A stretch of 64,000 nucleotides of DNA from an uncultured Methanoregulaceae archaeon (GTDB taxonomy: Archaea; Halobacteriota; Methanomicrobia; Methanomicrobiales; Methanospirillaceae). Position numbers and translations under genes: made by a program. This document shows, piece by piece, positions 1-10,651 of this stretch; the first letter of the stretch is position 1, and each line of letters starts with the position of its first letter. The notes beneath the pieces are model-generated. The model was not told where the DNA came from. It made no database searches and was given only the letters and a program-made list of their open reading frames with translations. The stretch covers positions 352,001 through 416,000 of the forward strand of contig CAWJAX010000005.1 in assembly GCA_963841015.1 (NCBI GenBank), written 5' to 3'.

Positions 1-2146
1 AATTGGTGAGATTAACATCATTGCAACTGCTGTTGGTAATACTTCAGTATACTGTAGTCAATGGGTAAAATTCAAGAACACGGGCGCGGAAATCATTTCC
101 CTTACGGCAAATCCTGACACTATGCCAAGTCAGGATGCAAATCCCCCCTTTACCTCAAATATTATCGCAACGGTTGCCGACATATCGGGAAATGCGGTTG
201 AAGGAGAGACCGTAAACTTTATTATTGAAAATATAACCTACGATGCGTCGTATAACGTTTCATCAGATCCCAATCTTACTGCCAGCGCTATAACAGATGT
301 ATATGGACGGGCCTTGGTCCAATTCAGACCTGGGAGCTTTACAACGGTAGGCAACCCCGGCTACAATGCTACGGCAACCGGGCATTGTATAGTGAATGCA
401 ACCTGGAGAAATTCCACAAAAAAACTTCCTGTCACCTGGAAGAATTATCCTTACCTGAGTGTGTCAACCTCGGTAAACCCCCTGACCGTTGAGATAAACA
501 AAACTATTGATGTTACCATCGAATTTAGAGGGGATGGGTGGGCCTTGCAGCCCAGACCTATTGATGTCCTTCTCCTGTTAGATAATTCAGGTTCCATGGG
601 AACATCAACTGATACTAATTCCGGATTATCCCAATCAAAACGAGCTGCGATAACCTTCATCGATCAAATGGTTCCGGGAAGAGATCGCGTCGGAGTTATT
701 TTCTATGACAAGAAGACCTACCCCAACTTTTCTGTGTGTGTTCCATTAACCTATGATCTGGACAGCGTGAAAAACACCATATCCGGATATTCAAGAACAG
801 ACACTAAGGGTTACCATACTAGAACGCGGTATGCTCTTTATCAGGGTATTACGCTGATGAATAATTGGAACGATCGTGGAGCTGTACCGACAATTATTCA
901 TATGACTGATGGTCAGTGGAGCATGGAAGGGGACCCGCTGGCAAGAGCTGGTGCAATCGGGTTCAATCAATCATTTAGTTCAAGTGAAAATATGGCAGGT
1001 GGATTACATTCAGTATGGGCAGGTAATGTGGTCGGAGTCGTCGACAAATACAGATACTTTGACGATCTTGGTGGCGGAAATTCAACATATGGATCTCGAT
1101 CTTTCCCGAATGGACAACCATATGACTCAGGAACAACCTGGGCTAATGATGTTTATGAAACTACGCAGAATTATCAAACAAAATCATCTTGGTATTTCAC
1201 GAATGCTGAAGACACAAAACAGAATATGTCCGTATATGCCAATGAATCAGGTATTATCGTATATTCTATAGGATTTACACCTAGTGCAAATTATGCTAAT
1301 TTAAGGTTTGTTCTTCAAACAATGTCTGATGCAACGGGAGGATTCTACAAATATGCTCCAACAGAAACAGATCTCAAAAATGTATATCAGGAGATCGCCG
1401 AAGATCTGAAAGATACAGCCGGTGTGAACGCCACCATGACGGCGGATTTCGAGAACGTTAATGTTACCAATTTTGCTATGGATGGTGACCAGGTATTTGA
1501 CTATGTATCCCATCCAACCGATTCGACAAAGATTAATTGGCAGGATGGAGCAACGAATGTCACCGACCAGTCCGCTGATTGGAATGCAGATAATAAATTG
1601 GATTTCAACATCGGAACAATAAAAGTTGGTCAATCCTGGAATGCGACATTCCGGCTGAGAGTCAACCAGAGTGGCTTGATTGATGTATTCGGCAATCACT
1701 CAACGGTGTCCTTCAATGGGGGTACAGAGATCCTAAACCTCCCTCAGACATTCATCACGGTAGTACCCAACCTTTCGGTCACGAATATTACCACGAAAAC
1801 GATAACCCTCCAAAATCTGACGTGTACCGAGACCGGAGAGATCAAGGCTCTCATTCCGGTAATGTGGAACACTAACTATACAGGAAATAATACCCTTACT
1901 GAAAAGGTCTACTATCGCATTGATGATAAAGGACCCTGGGTACAATTCGACATAAAAACACACCCATATGATCCTTTCACTATGGAATATGTTGAATATG
2001 CACAACTCGATGTAACAAAACTCCCGCCAGGGAGTTACCAGATAATGGTATACGCGATCGCCTCTGACGCAGCTGATACCACTATAATGCTTAGTGATCC
2101 TGTTATTGTTGGCAATCGTGGAAAAACCTTCATCAAACTCCAATAA
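1..2146 (+). CDS. Ig-like (invasin-type) domain + von Willebrand factor A surface protein, 5'-truncated by window edge
   Basis: Frame is open from base 2 to the ATG at 122, so the gene starts upstream. vWA MIDAS motifs DNSGS and MTDG; Ig-like segment IIATVADISGNAVEGETVNF; many N-x-S/T sequons. Confidence 0.85.
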   Translation, partial: IGEINIIATAVGNTSVYCSQWVKFKNTGAEIISLTANPDTMPSQDANPPFTSNIIATVADISGNAVEGETVNFIIENITYDASYNVSSDPNLTASAITDVYGRALVQFRPGSFTTVGNPGYNATATGHCIVNATWRNSTKKLPVTWKNYPYLSVSTSVNPLTVEINKTIDVTIEFRGDGWALQPRPIDVLLLLDNSGSMGTSTDTNSGLSQSKRAAITFIDQMVPGRDRVGVIFYDKKTYPNFSVCVPLTYDLDSVKNTISGYSRTDTKGYHTRTRYALYQGITLMNNWNDRGAVPTIIHMTDGQWSMEGDPLARAGAIGFNQSFSSSENMAGGLHSVWAGNVVGVVDKYRYFDDLGGGNSTYGSRSFPNGQPYDSGTTWANDVYETTQNYQTKSSWYFTNAEDTKQNMSVYANESGIIVYSIGFTPSANYANLRFVLQTMSDATGGFYKYAPTETDLKNVYQEIAEDLKDTAGVNATMTADFENVNVTNFAMDGDQVFDYVSHPTDSTKINWQDGATNVTDQSADWNADNKLDFNIGTIKVGQSWNATFRLRVNQSGLIDVFGNHSTVSFNGGTEILNLPQTFITVVPNLSVTNITTKTITLQNLTCTETGEIKALIPVMWNTNYTGNNTLTEKVYYRIDDKGPWVQFDIKTHPYDPFTMEYVEYAQLDVTKLPPGSYQIMVYAIASDAADTTIMLSDPVIVGNRGKTFIKLQ

Positions 2147-2147
2147 T

Positions 2148-2156
2148 TCTTTTTTT
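2148..2156 (+). terminator. Oligo-T archaeal terminator candidate
   Basis: TTCTTTTTTT immediately after the TAA stop. Confidence 0.45.
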
Positions 2157-2863
2157 GCGTAATCTCCCTTACTAACCCTTCATGAGAAAAGGGAACAATA
2201 AACCATATCAATATCCCTGAAATGGGCAGAATTTTTTTGATAATTGAATATCCTCAAAGGATCTCGGGAAAAAACACGAATAAATCCCTCAAAATTCAGG
2301 TAATAGATCGGTATTGTTTTCGATTTAGGGAGAATTTCGTGTAAATGGTGCGTAAAGAATCACTGGCTCTACCAAGAAGCACAATTCCCGCTTCTCGGAA
2401 TCTTCTACTTTAGATCTCACGTTATTACAGCATTCGAGGTCTCCATATAAGCATTAAAAACACAGAACCGTGAACCCATAAGCGGACGAATCCAGTTTGG
2501 GAGGAAAACAAAAAGGAAAAAGAGGACGCGATAAAGGTCACAGGACCATTGCGTCTGAAATCCATTTCAGGAGGAGTGAAGATCTCAGAGCAGTAGTTTT
2601 TCCAAGGAAAACTGAATCCCTCATGAATGAAACAGTGAAAAATACAGGGGGAGGGCCATTTGTTCAAACTGTGGATTCATTTGTAGATCGGTAAATTTGA
2701 TGGTGTTCTGGTTGCCTTGGTGGAATGATATTACTTTTGACCCGAGTCTCTTTTTTTTAAAAAAAGGCCACGAAAAAAAATTAATCTCACCAAACTTTTG
2801 GACCAGCAATCACCTATTTGCGACTGATCGGGGTAGATTTATAAACCTCATGAAAAAGAGAAA

Positions 2864-3685
2864 TCAGATTGATTTGATTTCAACTTCGAATTTTTTTATG
2901 ATAAGTGTAACCGGACGGGTTGTATCGGTGGGAAGCAGATACTTAATTGATACTCCTGTACCTGGTGGTCCACCGCCTGTCTGCGTCATACCCAAGGTAT
3001 TGATGAAATAGTTGTTCCAGGCAACCGAGTAATCCTGCACCGAATCCGGAGTGTATTCAAGATACAGGAAAGTGTTGATGTCTTCTTGGTAGTTATTGTA
3101 TTCTGGAACCCCCACCAGTGCCATCTGAACGGTTCCGATGCCTTCTTTTGCCATGATATCAGTGCTGGTGATGTTAATGAGATTGATCACCATTGTATTC
3201 GTCTGGGAATCATAGAACCAGCGGGGTTCAGCAATCATCGTAGATCCCTTCTGAACACGTGGGCGCAAAACGACAGCTCCATTCTGAACAGAGATATCTG
3301 TCTGGGCGCTTACCGATTCGTAGCGCAGCTCGCCAGGGGAGAATGAATCCAGAAAGATGGTGCCTGTCCCATTAGTGATTTTTATTGATGACGATGGCGA
3401 TGTATCGCTTGAATTATATACCGACAATGCTCCTCCGCCGATTTTCAGGGACGTCTCTTTGAACGGCACGGTCTTGTACGCCAGGCTTTTGATATCATTC
3501 TGCAATACAATCATGTTCTTTTCCATGATCTTCTCATCAGCACTTACCTGCTGCTGAAGGAGCAAAGGATATCCATAGAGTGTCACAAGACCAATACCTG
3601 CGATCACCATACCGAAGATGAGCATAAACCCTATCGCTTCGGAAACTCCTCTGTCATTCGGTCTTGTAGTATGCTTTGCCATCAA
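2864..3685 (-). CDS. Pilin-like protein with class III-type N-terminus (DUF7289-like)
   Basis: NDRG/VSEAIGFMLIFGMVIAGIGLV: short leader, RG cleavage-type motif, hydrophobic helix; last gene of an overlapping operon. Confidence 0.75.
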   Translation of the reverse strand: MMAKHTTRPNDRGVSEAIGFMLIFGMVIAGIGLVTLYGYPLLLQQQVSADEKIMEKNMIVLQNDIKSLAYKTVPFKETSLKIGGGALSVYNSSDTSPSSSIKITNGTGTIFLDSFSPGELRYESVSAQTDISVQNGAVVLRPRVQKGSTMIAEPRWFYDSQTNTMVINLINITSTDIMAKEGIGTVQMALVGVPEYNNYQEDINTFLYLEYTPDSVQDYSVAWNNYFINTLGMTQTGGGPPGTGVSIKYLLPTDTTRPVTLIIKKFEVEIKSI

Positions 3686-4152
3686 TCAAATCCCTCTGAA
3701 TCATAGCTAATCCTGTTCATTCCTTTGCCGGTCGTGCTCCCGCTCGCATTGCGGGTAACTCCAATTCCTGATATCGATATATCTGTTGTAATATAACCCC
3801 GGGATATCCTGATATACTGGTCATTCTTTTCATTATTAACCAGATTTGGACGCGTGCCGACTTCAACAGAATAATCCTTACCGGCAATATCGTCAGGAAT
3901 ATCAAAGCGGGTAGTAACCGTTCCGTCTCGTGGTGCAATGCTATAGAGATCAACGACCCGCGTGGAAACACCATTGCCAATATCGGTGAAGGCAACATAA
4001 GCCAACCTGTTAGCGGGATTCTCCATGATGTTCGTGTTTACCAGCAGGAGCATCACCATAAGAAGCCCCATGAGAACTCCGCTAATCATGATATATTCGA
4101 TCATATTTGCTGCTGCAGAATCATTATTTTTACAGGGACGTCCAGTTTTCAT
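3682..4152 (-). CDS. Pilin-like protein (DUF7266-like)
   Basis: NDSA/AANMIEYIMISGVLMGLL N-terminal hydrophobic helix; overlaps both neighbours. Confidence 0.7.
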   Translation of the reverse strand: MKTGRPCKNNDSAAANMIEYIMISGVLMGLLMVMLLLVNTNIMENPANRLAYVAFTDIGNGVSTRVVDLYSIAPRDGTVTTRFDIPDDIAGKDYSVEVGTRPNLVNNEKNDQYIRISRGYITTDISISGIGVTRNASGSTTGKGMNRISYDSEGFD

Positions 4153-4486
4153 TGAACTCAGTCACTCCGTTGTTGTAATGAATGTTTATAACGGTATGAT
4201 TATCCTTAATCTCAGGAGGCTTATAATATACAACCGCATTTTTCCTGCTTAGCGCGATCGTGGTGATATCATTTTTTACTACTGTCTGGTTCGAAATCGT
4301 TGTATTGCGAATGATCACTTCCCTGATATCCCGGATATCATTTTTCGGGAATTCGATTACACTTTCCGCGGTGGTTTGTCCAACTACTGTTGACTGGTTG
4401 ATGACCATCGCAAGGAAGAAGAAGCTGAAGCTTACCAAAAATCCCATCAGGATAATCCACTGTGCATCATCATTCAGTCTCGCCAC
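4130..4486 (-). CDS. Small pilin-like protein (DUF7261-like)
   Basis: DDA/QWIILMGFLVSFSFFFLAMV leader plus hydrophobic helix. Confidence 0.7.
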   Translation of the reverse strand: MARLNDDAQWIILMGFLVSFSFFFLAMVINQSTVVGQTTAESVIEFPKNDIRDIREVIIRNTTISNQTVVKNDITTIALSRKNAVVYYKPPEIKDNHTVINIHYNNGVTEFNENWTSL

Positions 4487-4972
4487 ATCAGCACCTCCAC
4501 AAGAACGGCACGATCGTGAACCGTTATATCGCCAGGTAGTTGTTTATTCACCACTACCCATTTCGTCGCTCTTACCGCATGTTCTCCTCCGGAAAGGTTA
4601 CGGGAGGAAGTGATGAAAGCACTGCTCACAGAATTATCAGTTGTATTCCGATAGGAATAGCTCAGCTGTATACTGGATATGATCACTATTTTGGGTCTTG
4701 TTGTTGATCAGATACGAAAAATTTGAACCAAATGCCAGATGGTTCCCGTTTTCGATTATATCCTGCATCATACTATGCTCATCTCTGGATACTGGTATGT
4801 CCATCACCTTCAGTGCATCAGTTCCCAGAGCTTCGAGTTGCATATCGTTGATATGGGTATCTCCAGCCGTATAGACTGATGTCGCGTTAACGACCAGATA
4901 CGCTGTTGCGATCATGATCAGGGCTGCTGCGAACCCCTCAATTGTATACAGTTGTCCGTCTGTGTTTTTCAT
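4474..4972 (-). CDS. Pilin-like protein (DUF7288-like), split by a frameshift near 4663
   Basis: GGGGAG RBS then MKNTDG/QLYTIEGFAAALIMIA; ORFs 4637..4993 and 4474..4686 join as ...HIQYTA/SYSYRNTT...VLVEVLMWRD if one base is removed. Confidence 0.7.
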
Positions 4973-5017
4973 TTCAGTACGGCTCCCCAACACGGTTGGA
5001 ATAGATCGGGTTTCATA

Positions 5018-7525
5018 TTAATCCGGCACTCCCATTACTAGAACGTTGTCAACAAAACCATAGTCCCCGGTTCCACTTCCCACAATACTGAATCGCAGCT
5101 GGAAGTTGGCATTGTGGTCGGCACCTGCGGGGAGCGAATAACTGAAAGGATTCAATGCGTTATTCTCTGCCGGATCGCCATCATTAATTTGTTTCAGAAC
5201 AGTCCAAGTCGTTCCGTTATACCATTCCGCGGCAACATACTCTCCTGCATCAATGCTATTACCCCCCATGGCAAATGAAACCGTGATACCCGAATAACCT
5301 GAAGTTGAGATAGTTCTGTATATTGATTCAGCAGGTGCTCCCCCCAACATCTGAACACTATGGGTTCCAATTTTTGGAACCCCTATGTACCAGTCTATAG
5401 TTCCTGTTTCTGTCCAGCCATTAGCACTCGGGCGAACAGGCTCGAAGCCATCAGAGAATAGAGAGACGGGTGCATTCGCTGCAAACGTTGCCGACATCGT
5501 GTGATCTGCGTGCACGCTCGCGAATGTATAGGTCGGGACCGCTCCGACCGATCCTCCGTCCACAAGAACATCTGCAATATGATAGCCGACATTTGGCGTA
5601 ATATTAAATGTCGGGGTGTCTCCATCATTTGCATTCACGGCACCTGATGGAGAGATTGCGCCATTGGGTCCTCCGGATGCAGTAATCGTATATGCATTAA
5701 TCGCAAACGTTCCAGCAATCGTATAATTTGCCGTCACTGCCGGGAAGGTGTAGGTAGTCGGTGTTGTGGGGGGCATGGGATTCCCGTCTACTAACACGGT
5801 ATCGAGATGATAACCGGCGCTTGGCGTGAACGTAAATGTCGGGGTGTCGCCATAGTTTACCGTTTGTGGTGTATTGGGAGTTATCGCTCCATCAACTAAT
5901 GGTGTGGTTGGGGTTATGACATACGTATATATTGCAAACGATGCGTTGATCGTATGATTCGCCATGACATTGCTGAATGTATAGCTTGAAATGGTTCCGT
6001 TCGACACACCATCAACAAAAACATCGGTAATATAGTGTCCGGCATCCGGAGTAATCGCGAAGGGCTGGCTGGCTCCATAGTTTACACTCACATTACCGGT
6101 TGGTGTGATTGCCCCTCCGGCCCCTGCGGATGCGTTTACATTAAACGTATCGATTGCAAATGATGCTGCAATCGTGTGATCCTGCGTCACATTGCTGAAT
6201 GTATAGCTGGAAATGGTTCCATTCGACACACCATCAACGACAACATCGGTGATATGGTAACCGATATTATTGGCGATCGTAAATGGCTGGTTAGCTCCAT
6301 CGCTCACAATAACAGAACCAATCGGGGAGATTGTTCCGCCACTACCGGCAGATGCATAGATTGTGTGTGTACCGTTTATTGGGGTTGGCCCTCCTCCACC
6401 GTACGACGTTACTGCACCTGACCATACAGCCACTTCTACAACAGCATCGCGGAGATGTGGCTGCGTGACATTTGCCGGGTTATAATCATAATAAAATGGG
6501 GTGGTATTCGGATTATTGAAGGTTAATTGTCCGTCTAAGGTATTAAAATCCGGCAGAGCTTGCGTATTATTTAAAAATGTACTTTCCGGGCTTACGGTAA
6601 ACCCGAGAGCTATGTAAATTCTGGAGCTCTGTGCTTTCAACCGGTCGAAGAACTGCGGACTGAATCGTAGCGTAATATTGTCCGTGACAGGTGCGGGCAT
6701 TACTGTTACCCGAGAACTACTACCGTCAATATAGGGATAATCAGTTGCTGGCAGGGGCACACTGGAATAAATCCCTCCATCCTGCTTAAACACCCTGATG
6801 TTACTTAAGGTAACCGTACTCGTTGTATTGTTTATAACGGGGGGGTAATTTGTGATGGTTGACCTTAGATCAGTGATGTTAATCGTAATCTGTTCCCGTG
6901 CCGGATCGATCTGGTAAGCAGGGTCGGCAACCTCCCCCAGGAGTTTGGGATTGTCGATCAGAATCGAAAAGACATGCGTTGTTGCATTATCGGCTTTGGT
7001 AAAACCATGATTCTGGATATATGACTGGTTAATCGTGGCGTTACTTGTTCCTTTTATCTTTACGGCACGCCTGATATACCCGTAACCATCCGGTAAAACA
7101 TCCCCAACTGTCCTATTCTGCCCCCCAAGGTCAATGAGGGATATATTAAACCCGTACGGGTAATCGCCAAATATTACACGGGTGCGGTAGTCATTGGGAT
7201 AGATAAATGCTGTAGAGCAAAAAAACCGGTTCACTTTATCCTCGGAGAGGATATTGGGGGTATCTTTTGATATAGCAAGACCGAACCGCGTCACGTTAGA
7301 CTTTTGCTGATCGATATAGGATTCCCATGGTGGAGAAACCGGCCATCCCGGGTCCTCCACAAGAATCACACCAGTCCGGTAAGCTACTGCATCATAATCA
7401 ATGGTATAAGATTGCAACCCGATCATCAGACCCGGGATCATCGATACTACCCAGATAAACGCGAGCATGAAAATTGTGAAGCCCGCAAGAAAATCGATAG
7501 ATAGATTTCCGTTTTCGTCAGTCAT
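5018..7525 (-). CDS. Pilin-like protein (DUF7287-like) fused to four InlB B-repeat-like domains and a C-terminal beta-sandwich
   Basis: DENG/NLSIDFLAGFTIFMLAFIWVV N-terminus; core ends VVEVAVW, then a GGGGPTP linker, four repeats of about 75 aa and an LFSDGFE...GFVDNV domain. Confidence 0.75.
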   Translation of the reverse strand: MTDENGNLSIDFLAGFTIFMLAFIWVVSMIPGLMIGLQSYTIDYDAVAYRTGVILVEDPGWPVSPPWESYIDQQKSNVTRFGLAISKDTPNILSEDKVNRFFCSTAFIYPNDYRTRVIFGDYPYGFNISLIDLGGQNRTVGDVLPDGYGYIRRAVKIKGTSNATINQSYIQNHGFTKADNATTHVFSILIDNPKLLGEVADPAYQIDPAREQITINITDLRSTITNYPPVINNTTSTVTLSNIRVFKQDGGIYSSVPLPATDYPYIDGSSSRVTVMPAPVTDNITLRFSPQFFDRLKAQSSRIYIALGFTVSPESTFLNNTQALPDFNTLDGQLTFNNPNTTPFYYDYNPANVTQPHLRDAVVEVAVWSGAVTSYGGGGPTPINGTHTIYASAGSGGTISPIGSVIVSDGANQPFTIANNIGYHITDVVVDGVSNGTISSYTFSNVTQDHTIAASFAIDTFNVNASAGAGGAITPTGNVSVNYGASQPFAITPDAGHYITDVFVDGVSNGTISSYTFSNVMANHTINASFAIYTYVITPTTPLVDGAITPNTPQTVNYGDTPTFTFTPSAGYHLDTVLVDGNPMPPTTPTTYTFPAVTANYTIAGTFAINAYTITASGGPNGAISPSGAVNANDGDTPTFNITPNVGYHIADVLVDGGSVGAVPTYTFASVHADHTMSATFAANAPVSLFSDGFEPVRPSANGWTETGTIDWYIGVPKIGTHSVQMLGGAPAESIYRTISTSGYSGITVSFAMGGNSIDAGEYVAAEWYNGTTWTVLKQINDGDPAENNALNPFSYSLPAGADHNANFQLRFSIVGSGTGDYGFVDNVLVMGVPD
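5476..6370 (-). repeat. Four tandem ~220-230 bp coding repeats (InlB-B/Flg_new-like)
   Basis: Recurrent motif TIxASAGxGGxIxP...GYHIxDVxVDG...YTFxxVxxxHTIxAxF; repeats 1 and 2 share near-identical DNA (about 5970-6035 versus 6192-6257). Confidence 0.85.
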
Positions 7526-7527
7526 CG

Positions 7528-8103
7528 TTAAGTAATCAACGCCCCTGTGGTTGCATTGAACGTAATTATTCTGCCTGCATTGCCGGAAGTAATGGTGATT
7601 TTATAAATTCCTCGTTGCAATTCAATATCCCGCTGTTCAGGAATTGCAAGGGATGGATTACCTGCCAGTACTGCTTTGTTCTGGCTGAACAAACGCCCTG
7701 GAGATACGATTTTATCAAGAACTATCTCTTCTGAAGGGAGTGTTGCATTCGCTATGGTTGTCCACCCTGTTCTGTCGTATACCAAAAATTCTGTCTCATT
7801 TCCATTGTATATCCCAAAGGTCCAACCAGTGGCATTTCCAGATCCATCCACATCCCTGGAACGTATATAATACACCTTTTTTCCATTAACTGGCTCATTT
7901 AAATTATTTATTTGATATTCAACCAGCTTTTCTTTTGCTTCTTCAAAACTTATGGGTGAGGTGTCTGCCTGCATATCGATCTGGGAAAGACCGGTATTTT
8001 GCCGAGAGGTCTCGTTGGAGGGGGGTGTCGAAACGCATGCACTGCAGAGAGTAACGACGACCAGTGCTAATATGGCGAAAATCATGGGGATAGATTTGTG
8101 CAT
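7528..8103 (-). CDS. Putative lipoprotein / exported protein
   Basis: MHKSIPMIFAILALVVVTLCSAC lipobox-like signal peptide; stop is 2 bp before the start of the pilin-like operon. Confidence 0.7.
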   Translation of the reverse strand: MHKSIPMIFAILALVVVTLCSACVSTPPSNETSRQNTGLSQIDMQADTSPISFEEAKEKLVEYQINNLNEPVNGKKVYYIRSRDVDGSGNATGWTFGIYNGNETEFLVYDRTGWTTIANATLPSEEIVLDKIVSPGRLFSQNKAVLAGNPSLAIPEQRDIELQRGIYKITITSGNAGRIITFNATTGALIT

Positions 8104-8305
8104 ATTCTTTCTTAAAGGCTTATTTAGATAACAACAGATATAAATATTGGTATTCATTTTTGTCCATTACCTGTTCCGGATGATTGCGATACATTGTCAT
8201 TGTTCCGATACAGATGCAAATCTGCCAGCAATAATAACCGGATTATTTGTGTACTTACTCACTGGAATAGAAGAACAGAATATAAAAGATTTTTAATTTT
8301 CCCGT

Positions 8306-9178
8306 TCACGGCACGATTTTTGTTATCGGAATCTCAAGGATGTCTTCTGCACCGCACGCCTTGAGTCTGGGGATCAGCTGGTTAACAGCATTCTTGGGAA
8401 CAACCGTCTGAATACTATAGTAATCAATCTCATGGAGCCTGCTTACTGTTGGCGTTTTCATCGCCGGGAGTGCAGCAACTATCTTTTCCATGGATACAGA
8501 CGGAACATTCATTGTAAGGAGCACTTTGTTCCGCGCTTCGATTACACCGAACAGCAGTGTCTTAATCTCCTCAATTTCCCTCTGTTTCTGCGGATCTGCC
8601 CAACTCGATTTATTGGCGATGATAACCGTATAGGACTCCATAATCTGTCCGATAATTTTGAGTCCGTTCTTGCGCAGCGTTGTACCCGTTTCCGTGAGAT
8701 CAACCACAACATCCATGAGATCCGGCACTTTCGCTTCGGATGCGCCATACGAATGGAAGAGCTGCACCGGGATTCCCAATCGTGCAAAATAATTCTTCGT
8801 CAGTTGTGGGTATTCGGTCGTTACCCTGCTTCCCGGACGGATACAGGTGACGTCATCAATTGGTTCATCGCGGTGTACCGCTACAACTATCTTTACGTTC
8901 CCCTCCCCGGTCTTGCTGTACGAGAGATTTGCTACCTCAACGACTTCGGATCCTGTTTCGTTTACCCAGTCCAGACCGGAAATACCGAGATCAAAATATC
9001 CCTTCTCCACATAGGTGGGGATTTCCTGGGGGCGCAGGATCTTCACTTTGCCGATTCGGTCATCGACAATGCGGGGATTATAATCGCGGTCGGTACGTTT
9101 GACTTCAAGGTCAGCCTCTTTGAAGAGCTGCAGTGTCTGCGCTTCAAGACTCCCCTTGGGCAGTGCAATAGTAATCAT
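8306..9178 (-). CDS. hisG: ATP phosphoribosyltransferase (long form)
   Basis: IALPKGSL, RPQEIP, DLGISGLD, DLTETGTTL motifs plus C-terminal regulatory domain. Confidence 0.96.
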   Translation of the reverse strand: MITIALPKGSLEAQTLQLFKEADLEVKRTDRDYNPRIVDDRIGKVKILRPQEIPTYVEKGYFDLGISGLDWVNETGSEVVEVANLSYSKTGEGNVKIVVAVHRDEPIDDVTCIRPGSRVTTEYPQLTKNYFARLGIPVQLFHSYGASEAKVPDLMDVVVDLTETGTTLRKNGLKIIGQIMESYTVIIANKSSWADPQKQREIEEIKTLLFGVIEARNKVLLTMNVPSVSMEKIVAALPAMKTPTVSRLHEIDYYSIQTVVPKNAVNQLIPRLKACGAEDILEIPITKIVP

Positions 9179-9228
9179 ACGATATACAATCACCTCAAAA
9201 AACGATAAAGGGTAAGGGTAAGTTCTGT

Positions 9229-10495
9229 TTATTCAAATGTATGGACTATAAGACCACTCAGCAGTTTTGGCTCAAACCATGTTGATTTTGGTGGCATCAC
9301 CCCATTTGCATCAGCGATAGAAAGCACAGTATCGACCCTGACTGGCTGCATGGCAAACGCTACCCGGTATTTACCGCAGTCCACAAGGTTTTCAAGATCC
9401 GAAACCGGACGGGCCCCGCCGAGATACTGCAAACGTGCATCTCCCCGGGGATCAGTTATGCCAAACATAGTTTCAAACACCTCTTTCTGAAGTATAGCAA
9501 CATCAAGAGTATCGAGCGGCGAGGCATTGATGTCGACCGGACGGGTGCACTCGTACCAGCGCCCCGAAAGATACAGGTGGAATACATGGAATTTTTCCGG
9601 ATGGATGATACCTGGAGTGATGTTGTACTCGCTCCTGTTAACCGGACCATATATTCTGACATCAAAACAGTCTCTGAGCCGTTTCATGAAACTCTCTGGA
9701 GTAAAGGTACCCAGATCCGTAAGCAGCCGGCTGATAGCCATGAATCTTTACCCGGTCATGAGCAAACATGACTCCCATGAACCGTGTAACTTCACCTTTT
9801 ACTGGTTTTCCGGCAGCAATGCGCCGATCCACAACGTTCAGTGCAGCTTTTGCCCGGTGGTGTCCATCAGCGATATAGAGCGCAGCAACTGAGGAAAAGT
9901 GAGTTTCAAGCCGGGCAAGATCTTTCTTGTCGGTGATCCGGAATATCTGATGAGTGATCCCTGTATCTAAGGTAACTTCTGCATCGGGTTCCTGCGACAG
10001 TGGAACAAGCGATTCAATGAAGGAAAAAATCCCATCAGTATTATGGTACAGCAGAACAACCGGGCCGTTATGTGCCTTGACTGCTTCAATGTGCCGGGTC
10101 CGGTCCTCCTCTTTGTCGTATCTGGTCTGCTCATGCCGTCGAATGTAGTTTTTCCGGTAGTCGTCAACATCAAGACAACAACAGAGCCCGAGAAATATTT
10201 CGCCTTCCTGTGACACCCTGTAAAGGTACATACCTGGTTTCGGGTCCTGTTTCATGCGTCCGGTTGATTCGAGTGCGATGAAATTTTCATGTGCCCGTTG
10301 GTATACACGGTCATCATCAGGTGCTAGCTCGGGTAATTCCGCGTCTGAACGACTCACGCGTAAAAATGTTCCGGGATTTTTAGCAGTGATTGCCCGTACC
10401 TCCTCGGCGGTCACAACATCGTATGGAACAGCCGCGATTACCGATGCAACCGAAGGATTGGGGCGCATTCCTGCAAAACGATAGATTCTGACCAT
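9229..10495 (-). CDS. DUF1015 family protein, split by a frameshift near 9733
   Basis: PYDVV, IRRHEQT, YIADGHHR and terminal MPPKSTWFEPKLLSGL; joins as KIHGY/SRLLTDLG if one base is removed. Confidence 0.85.
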
Positions 10496-10651
10496 GCATT
10501 CCACCTGCCCATTGAGCGAGAAATAACCTGTCCACATTGTTGGGTGTGCTACCATATAATTTCCCGCACCCTTCTGTAGAACAAACCTTATGTTTTTACA
10601 AGAGCTCAGTGATGATCCTACTAAGTCTGATGGGCACAGGAGTTCAGTCTG

